Shown here: positions 58,653 to 64,000 of the stretch, one piece after another
Layout: every line of letters begins with the position of its first letter
Numbering within the stretch: the stretch's first letter is position 1
NCBI GenBank assembly: GCA_021773245.1
Contig: JAJFKK010000126.1
Coordinates: 6,917 to 70,916, forward strand
Direction of reading: 5' to 3'
DNA length: 64,000 bases
DNA from: Gammaproteobacteria bacterium
GTDB taxonomy: Bacteria; Pseudomonadota; Gammaproteobacteria; Eutrophobiales; Eutrophobiaceae
Translations under genes and position numbers: made by a program
Notes under the pieces: generated by a model
Told to the model about the DNA's origin: nothing
Seen by the model: the letters and a program-made list of their open reading frames with translations, nothing else
Database searches by the model: none

Positions 58653-60995
58653 CTATGTTTTTCGGACCCAAAATTGATACATGCCTAGAAATGTATTCGG
58701 ATTTTGTGTTTCGAATTCATGCCATAATGGTAGTGAAGTCAGTGCGGACTTCACCGAATATAATGTTTTGAACCGCGTCATTGCTTTTTGATCCCTTAAT
58801 TCGAAACCAAGGAATTTCAGTCCAAATTCCTGCAGGGCGGCCTCGATCTGTGGTAGCGTGAAACAATGTTCCTGAACATGAAATAAAAGATCTCGGCATT
58901 CGCTCAGATTATAAAAATCTATCATTTTACTTATTTCTTCCATCTCCCGATTTCCGTCTTCAGCCTTTGTTACAATCTCTTGTCGGCATTGTCTAATGCC
59001 TTCGGGAGATGTTGTATCTACTTTCTGATCAACTAGTAAGCGTCCTTTCGAGATATTTTGGCGTGCAATAGTACTATACAAACCAATTTTCATGAGACCT
59101 CCAGGTTCAAGTAGGTCCAACAAAATGCGCCATCCCGACAAAGGATCCTCAAGATGGTGAAGGACACCACTACAATCGATGACATCGAATTGCTGTCCCA
59201 GGTCCCCGAGTTCCATGATGTCTGCCTGGGCATAGTCAATATTCGTGAAACCCTGCTCATGGGTTTTCCTCATAGCATAAGCAATACTTTTCAAGCTGAG
59301 ATCAACGGCCATAATAGTCGCATTTGAATAACGTGATGCCACGTATAATGCTTGATGTCCCGTACCGCAACCAGGGACAAGAATTCGTGGATTTTTTGGA
59401 GTAACATAGTCTCCTAAATCAAATCGAAGGAGAGGACTCTCCAATACATTTCTGATCGTCTTGGCCTCGGCCGGAAAGTCTCCCTTTATCCAACGTGGAT
59501 AGGGGTTCACTTCATATTGCCCCCGGACGGCTTGTGAGACCTTATTTTCGATGTTAGTCAGACAGGGGATTTGATCGTATAAGGCTATCTCCTCTAATGG
59601 TTCTTGTACCTGCCGTGTGATCAACGGTTTAAGATCATTTGGCAAGTCACGTTTGAGCAGTTCCTTAGACCAAGGGAATTGATATAGTGGCCTATAGGTT
59701 GCCAGTGCCACCAACAATGCGGGAGGGATCTCTTGCCCGTTTGTTGACAACATGGCCACTTCCTTACTCAGATGCTCTACTATTGCCGTCTCTTCCGTAG
59801 TTATCTGAAAAATATAATCGTTAGTAAAGCAATGCAGAGCCAAGGCTGCGGAAAAGGGTAAAGTTTTGTCACTAACCATACCTTGATCAGTCTTTATTCC
59901 AAAGATCATGGACCGACGTAAAACGGTTAGCATTATTTCGATCTCATGATCAGTAATGACGCTCAACGCCATAAAATTCAGCAGCAGCGGAATCGATGAT
60001 AAGCGTTTTGCCACGTCCTCGTAATCAACCTTTTCTCTCTCTATTGTGTTCATGCTTTTAAGAAGCTGTGAAAATTCCGGGTGATGGCGTAGCGCGCTGA
60101 TTATAGGTTGAATTAAGCGGTAAGGGTCTATCGTAGGCCACTCCAACAGGTCGCATAGATCTTGTAAGATATTTTCATTAAAAGAAGAGAAAGTGAGAGT
60201 TTCTATAGATGATGCCAACCCTAACCAAAATACATTATCCTGGGGACTGAGAGCAATAGCACGTCGGTGACTTATGATGGCATCTTCCCCCTTCCCCAAT
60301 GCATGGAGGGCAAGCCCCAGATTATGATGCGCCTCGGCATAGTCAGGCTTGAGAACAATGGCTTTTTCATAGTGGGCAATGGCTTCTTCCGCACGACCGA
60401 GTGACTGAAGGGTATTGCCTAGATTAATATATACAGCTGCAAAGTTCGGTCTGATGACTATGAACTGTTCATATCGGGCAATGGCTTCTTCGCCCCGTCC
60501 GAGTGACTGAAGGGCATTTCCTAAGTGAACATATGCTTCGACAAAGTCAGGATTGAGAACAATGGCCTTTTCAAAATGGATAATGGCTTCTTCTAGCCGA
60601 CCGAGTGACTGAAGTGTATGTCCTAGACTAATACATGCTGTTGTATAGTTCGGTTTGATGACTATAACTTGTTCATATCGAGCAACGGCTTCTTCCACTC
60701 GACCTAATATCTGGAGGGCATTGCCTAGATTAATATATGCTTCAGCAAAGTCAGGCTTGAGAACAACGGCTTGTTCATAGTGTACAACGGCTTCTTCCAC
60801 CCGATTGAGTGACTGAAGGGTAACTCCCAGATTATAATGCGCCTCAGGATGATTAGGGTATCTTTCCAGAATGTACTGGTATATGCCTTCTGCCTTTTGG
60901 AGATTTCCTGCCTGATGACATGTCACGGCCTCTTGCAAATACTTTGAAGCACGTAAGGCATGCTTCTTAGTTAGTCCCTTATTTTTTTTTAGCAT
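58653..60995 (-). CDS. TPR-repeat protein with C-terminal class I SAM methyltransferase domain
   Basis: Seven consecutive 34-aa TPRs (aa 16-253). Methyltransferase motif I ILVPGCGTGHQALYVAS and FDVIDCSGVLHHL. Confidence 0.8.
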   Translation of the reverse strand: MLKKNKGLTKKHALRASKYLQEAVTCHQAGNLQKAEGIYQYILERYPNHPEAHYNLGVTLQSLNRVEEAVVHYEQAVVLKPDFAEAYINLGNALQILGRVEEAVARYEQVIVIKPNYTTACISLGHTLQSLGRLEEAIIHFEKAIVLNPDFVEAYVHLGNALQSLGRGEEAIARYEQFIVIRPNFAAVYINLGNTLQSLGRAEEAIAHYEKAIVLKPDYAEAHHNLGLALHALGKGEDAIISHRRAIALSPQDNVFWLGLASSIETLTFSSFNENILQDLCDLLEWPTIDPYRLIQPIISALRHHPEFSQLLKSMNTIEREKVDYEDVAKRLSSIPLLLNFMALSVITDHEIEIMLTVLRRSMIFGIKTDQGMVSDKTLPFSAALALHCFTNDYIFQITTEETAIVEHLSKEVAMLSTNGQEIPPALLVALATYRPLYQFPWSKELLKRDLPNDLKPLITRQVQEPLEEIALYDQIPCLTNIENKVSQAVRGQYEVNPYPRWIKGDFPAEAKTIRNVLESPLLRFDLGDYVTPKNPRILVPGCGTGHQALYVASRYSNATIMAVDLSLKSIAYAMRKTHEQGFTNIDYAQADIMELGDLGQQFDVIDCSGVLHHLEDPLSGWRILLDLLEPGGLMKIGLYSTIARQNISKGRLLVDQKVDTTSPEGIRQCRQEIVTKAEDGNREMEEISKMIDFYNLSECRDLLFHVQEHCFTLPQIEAALQEFGLKFLGFELRDQKAMTRFKTLYSVKSALTSLPLWHEFETQNPNTFLGMYQFWVRKT
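60237..60950 (-). repeat. 102-bp tandem coding repeats (7 TPR units) visible at the DNA level
   Basis: Recurrent GGCTTCTTC....CGACCGAGTGACTGAAGG blocks on the plus strand. At the peptide level, (A/V)EAY(I/V)(N/H)LGN(A/T)LQSLGR.EEA(I/V)A.YE units. Confidence 0.85.
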
Positions 60996-61257
60996 AATAT
61001 TATAGGTGGATTTACAGAGAATATATTAAGTCATTTGGCTATCTCAATTAGTTCTATTATTGACCGAAAGGCATAATCTAACCTCGTGTAGATTACATTA
61101 TTCTCCTAAAATAATCACTGATTCTATGAGCATTTAAACGTAAGGAAATATTTGGAAAATTGATAACTGAGGCCGTCATTTACCAAGGAAAGTTTGATAA
61201 ACTTTTTTACTGAACATCAATGTATTTATCAAAGCAAACAATTTGAAATTTATATGA

Positions 61258-61521
61258 AAAGATATTAATGCATACAAAGTATATTTTGGTACTAACAAGG
61301 CTGTTGCCATAAAAATCAGGAAAGCGATTAAATTTCAAAAGCCAGTTAAGCTTAGTGCAATTGATAAAAATATCAGTGTTTCGCAAAGCTATATATCCAG
61401 ATCAATTTAACAACGTGTTAAAGAAAACTGGTTAAATGCAATTTGCAATCTCTTTAAAAGATTGCAGCTATCATTTCCTGAATACATTAATAAAGCATTA
61501 GAAAATAATTTATATTCGTAA
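61258..61521 (+). pseudogene. Decayed XRE/Cro-type HTH regulator (no start codon, internal TAA at 61408)
   Basis: The frame reads ...AIKIRKAIKFQKPVKLSAIDKNISVSQSYISRSI*QRVKENWLNAICNLFKRLQLSFPEYINKALENNLYS*. The ISVSQSYISR core is HTH-like. Preceded by a 9-bp inverted repeat, TTTGATAAA (61193-61201) and TTTATCAAA (61225-61233). Confidence 0.3.
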
Positions 61522-61571
61522 AACTTTGATTTGTTTTATGTAAACATTTGAAACGATTTATGCTGAAAAGA

Positions 61572-61610
61572 TGGGGCGAACCTCCGACCTATGCGTTACG
61601 AATGCATTGC
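61572..61610 (-). pseudogene. tRNA-Thr(CGU) fragment (anticodon arm to 5' half of the T-arm only)
   Basis: The minus strand reads GCATTCGTAACGCATAGGTCGGAGGTTCGCCCCA. As I recall, E. coli tRNA-Thr(CGU) reads GCATTCGTAATGCGAAGGTCGTAGGTTCGACTCC. There is no acceptor or D arm, and the 3' half of the T stem is missing. Confidence 0.45.
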
Positions 61611-61613
61611 TTC

Positions 61614-62585
61614 TTAAAATTGTCTATCTACAGAAAATCTAGCTAATGCATAAAGTGCATCAAGATATTCCGATGCGGGTAGTTCTTTTAATTCATTGAT
61701 TGCTAGCTTTGCTTCTTCATCTGCTATCTTTGCGGTGTAGGCAATCGCACCTGTTTTATTTATTGTCTCTTTGATTTTTTCAATATGTTCCAGTCCGCCG
61801 TGTTCAATAGCATCACGAATTATTTTTGCTTCTTCTTCGCTTCCATTCCACATGGCATAAAGTAGCGGTAGTGTTGGTTTGCCTTCGGCTAAATCATCAC
61901 CGATGTTTTTCCCGAGTTCTTCAGCGGAAGAACTGTAATCTAGGACATCGTCAATTAACTGAAATGCCGTACCAAGGTGTCTTCCATAAGCGGCCATGGC
62001 TTCTATTTCTTTATCAGATCGATCGGCAATAACAGCGCCTAGTTGAGCAGCCGCTTCAAATAGTTTTGCTGTTTTATGGCGAATCACTATTAAATAATTT
62101 TCCTGACTGGTGTCTGGATCTTGTCGGTTAATTAATTGTTGTACTTCACCCTCTGCAATCGTATTGGTAGTTTCAGCCAAAATTTGCATGACTTGCATAG
62201 AGTCAGTATTGACCATCATCTGAAATGCGCGGGAGTAAACAAAATCACCGACTAAAACGCTGGCTTCATTTCCCCAGCGTTGATTGGCGGTTGCGTGACC
62301 ACGTCTTAATAATGACGCATCGACAACGTCATCGTGTAGCAGTGTAGCGGTATGGATAAATTCGATAATCGCCGCCAAATTGATGTGTTGTTCACCCTCA
62401 TATGAGAAAAGTCCCGCGCTTAGTAATACAACAGCGGGCCGTAAACGCTTGCCGCCACTATTAATAATGTAATGGCCAAGTTGGTCAATTAGGCCTACTT
62501 CTGAATAGAGACTTTCCTCGATTAGGCTATTTACCTTGTCCATATCCTCTACGATGAGCTCTCGAATACGGTCAATATTCATCAT
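61614..62585 (-). CDS. ispB: Octaprenyl-diphosphate synthase IspB
   Basis: Both aspartate-rich motifs (LLHDDVVDAS, QLIDDVLDY). Divergent from rplU as in enterobacteria. The ATG pair at 62585/62582 matches the usual N-terminus (MNIDRIRELIVEDM); the GTG at 62621 is the alternative. Confidence 0.9.
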   Translation of the reverse strand: MMNIDRIRELIVEDMDKVNSLIEESLYSEVGLIDQLGHYIINSGGKRLRPAVVLLSAGLFSYEGEQHINLAAIIEFIHTATLLHDDVVDASLLRRGHATANQRWGNEASVLVGDFVYSRAFQMMVNTDSMQVMQILAETTNTIAEGEVQQLINRQDPDTSQENYLIVIRHKTAKLFEAAAQLGAVIADRSDKEIEAMAAYGRHLGTAFQLIDDVLDYSSSAEELGKNIGDDLAEGKPTLPLLYAMWNGSEEEAKIIRDAIEHGGLEHIEKIKETINKTGAIAYTAKIADEEAKLAINELKELPASEYLDALYALARFSVDRQF

Positions 62586-62726
62586 TTCTGTTTTTTCGGC
62601 GGTTGAGTCGTTCTGGGTCACGTTGTTTTCTTATAGTTAAGTTACTGAAAATAAATAAAATCGAGTGCAAAATACTGCTCGAAGAGGCTTAATTCAAGCT
62701 TATTTACAAATTTTATCATTCTTACC

Positions 62727-62755
62727 TTGTCACCACCTGCTGAATTTCTTAGAAT
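62727..62755 (+). promoter_or_regulatory. Sigma-70-type promoter of rplU-rpmA
   Basis: TTGTCA (62727-62732), 17-nt spacer, TAGAAT (62750-62755). About 50 nt upstream of the rplU ATG. Confidence 0.5.
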
Positions 62756-62804
62756 CGCCCCCTTTGTTGAAAGTGCACAATCGTGCGCAGTATGGAGAAT
62801 TCAG

Positions 62805-63122
62805 ATGTACGCGGTAATTAAGACGGGTGGCAAGCAGTATAAGGTAGAAAAGGGCGATAAGCTCAAAGTTGAGAAGCTTGATACCGAAGCAGGTAAAAAG
62901 GTCAAAATCGAAGACGTATTGATGCTTGTTGATGGTGAAAACGTCACTGTTGGTACGCCGCTTGTTAAAGGCGCAAAAGTAACCGCTACAGTTGAGAGTC
63001 ATGGTCGTGGTCCTAAGGTGAAAATTGTTAAATTTCGCCGTCGTAAGCACCATCGTAAACAGATGGGACATCGTCAGGCTTATACCGAACTCTCTATAAC
63101 CGATATCGCAGCAGCGAAATAA
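62805..63122 (+). CDS. rplU: 50S ribosomal protein L21
   Basis: [18 protein letters not shown]... canonical L21 N-terminus. GGAG RBS at 62794-62797. The ORF-track start at 62727 is an upstream extension. Confidence 0.95.
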   Translation: MYAVIKTGGKQYKVEKGDKLKVEKLDTEAGKKVKIEDVLMLVDGENVTVGTPLVKGAKVTATVESHGRGPKVKIVKFRRRKHHRKQMGHRQAYTELSITDIAAAK

Positions 63123-63138
63123 GAACTGGAGTAAAGCA

Positions 63139-63396
63139 ATGGCTCATAAGAAAGCAGGTGGTAGTACTAGAAACGGACGCGATTCAGAATCGAAACGTCT
63201 TGGTGTAAAGAAATTCGGCGGTGAACACGTTATAGGTGGCAATATCATCCTACGCCAGCGTGGTACGAAGTATCATGCCGGAGTTAATGCTGGATTAGGA
63301 CATGACCATACGATTTTTGCTAAGGCAGAAGGTAAGGTTGAATTTAATCAGCGTGGCCCGAAAAACCGTACATTTGTGGATATTGTAGCGGGATAA
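63139..63396 (+). CDS. rpmA: 50S ribosomal protein L27
   Basis: [29 protein letters not shown]... canonical L27. Confidence 0.97.
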   Translation: MAHKKAGGSTRNGRDSESKRLGVKKFGGEHVIGGNIILRQRGTKYHAGVNAGLGHDHTIFAKAEGKVEFNQRGPKNRTFVDIVAG

Positions 63397-63416
63397 GCTG
63401 ATTTCAGATTTATCAT

Positions 63417-63446
63417 GAAAACCCCGCTTTTGGCGGGGTTTTTTAT
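63417..63446 (+). terminator. Rho-independent terminator after rpmA
   Basis: AAAACCCCGC-TTTTG-GCGGGGTTTTTTATTT: GC-rich stem plus a T-run. Confidence 0.85.
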
Positions 63447-63587
63447 TTGTGGCAAAGTAAAAATAATAATTTTAAATTTAGCATGTATTTTATTCTTGGA
63501 TATACCAAGCATTTCTCTTCAGAGCGAGGCACGCGCCTTTTATTCGAAGGGAGTGTATGTTTATACATGACCGAGGATAAAAGGTAA

Positions 63588-64000
<413 letters not shown>

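Noticed and set aside
62730-63071. 113-aa ORF antisense to rplU, and the 5' extension of the rplU ORF to 62727
   Set aside because: L21 is unambiguous from [12 protein letters not shown] at 62805, with a GGAG RBS. The extension covers the predicted promoter.

Overview
64-kb chromosomal segment of an AT-rich gammaproteobacterium; ispB / rplU-rpmA-obgE synteny at the right end supports that placement. All family calls rest on motif recognition by eye, because no database or HMM search was possible.

(1) 1-10.6 kb: an accessory Che2/Aer2-like chemotaxis operon. Order is cheA (5' end cut by the window), cheW, a soluble globin/PAS chemoreceptor, parA-like, STAS, cheR, cheD, cheB, then a sensor-less membrane MCP.

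(2) 10.7-17.5 kb: a Na+/H+ module. It holds nhaD plus an atypical five-gene Mrp-like set: one MrpC-like subunit, three PF00361-type antiporter subunits and a 79-aa membrane protein.

(3) 17.7-58.5 kb: a large membrane-lipid locus.
- Hopanoid genes lie in three blocks: hpnA-hpnN-PhyH dioxygenase-hpnG-shc-sqs; an hpnO-like aminotransferase; and hpnK-hpnJ-hpnI plus an hpnL-like gene, with two flanking CDP-alcohol phosphatidyltransferases.
- These blocks are interrupted by a 22-kb co-directional array: pfaD, pfaA (KS-AT-4xACP-KR-DH), pfaC-like (KS-CLF-AT-DH2), oleA, dinB, oleB, oleC, oleD and a PPTase.
- That array is a PUFA-synthase-type megasynthase coupled to the head-to-head olefin pathway.

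(4) 58.6-61.6 kb: a GC-richer TPR/methyltransferase gene, then 0.6 kb of AT-rich non-coding DNA carrying a decayed XRE-type regulator and a tRNA-Thr(CGU) fragment.

(5) ispB, rplU, rpmA and obgE (3' end cut by the window).

I saw no intact tRNA or rRNA, no CRISPR array, and no transposase or integrase.
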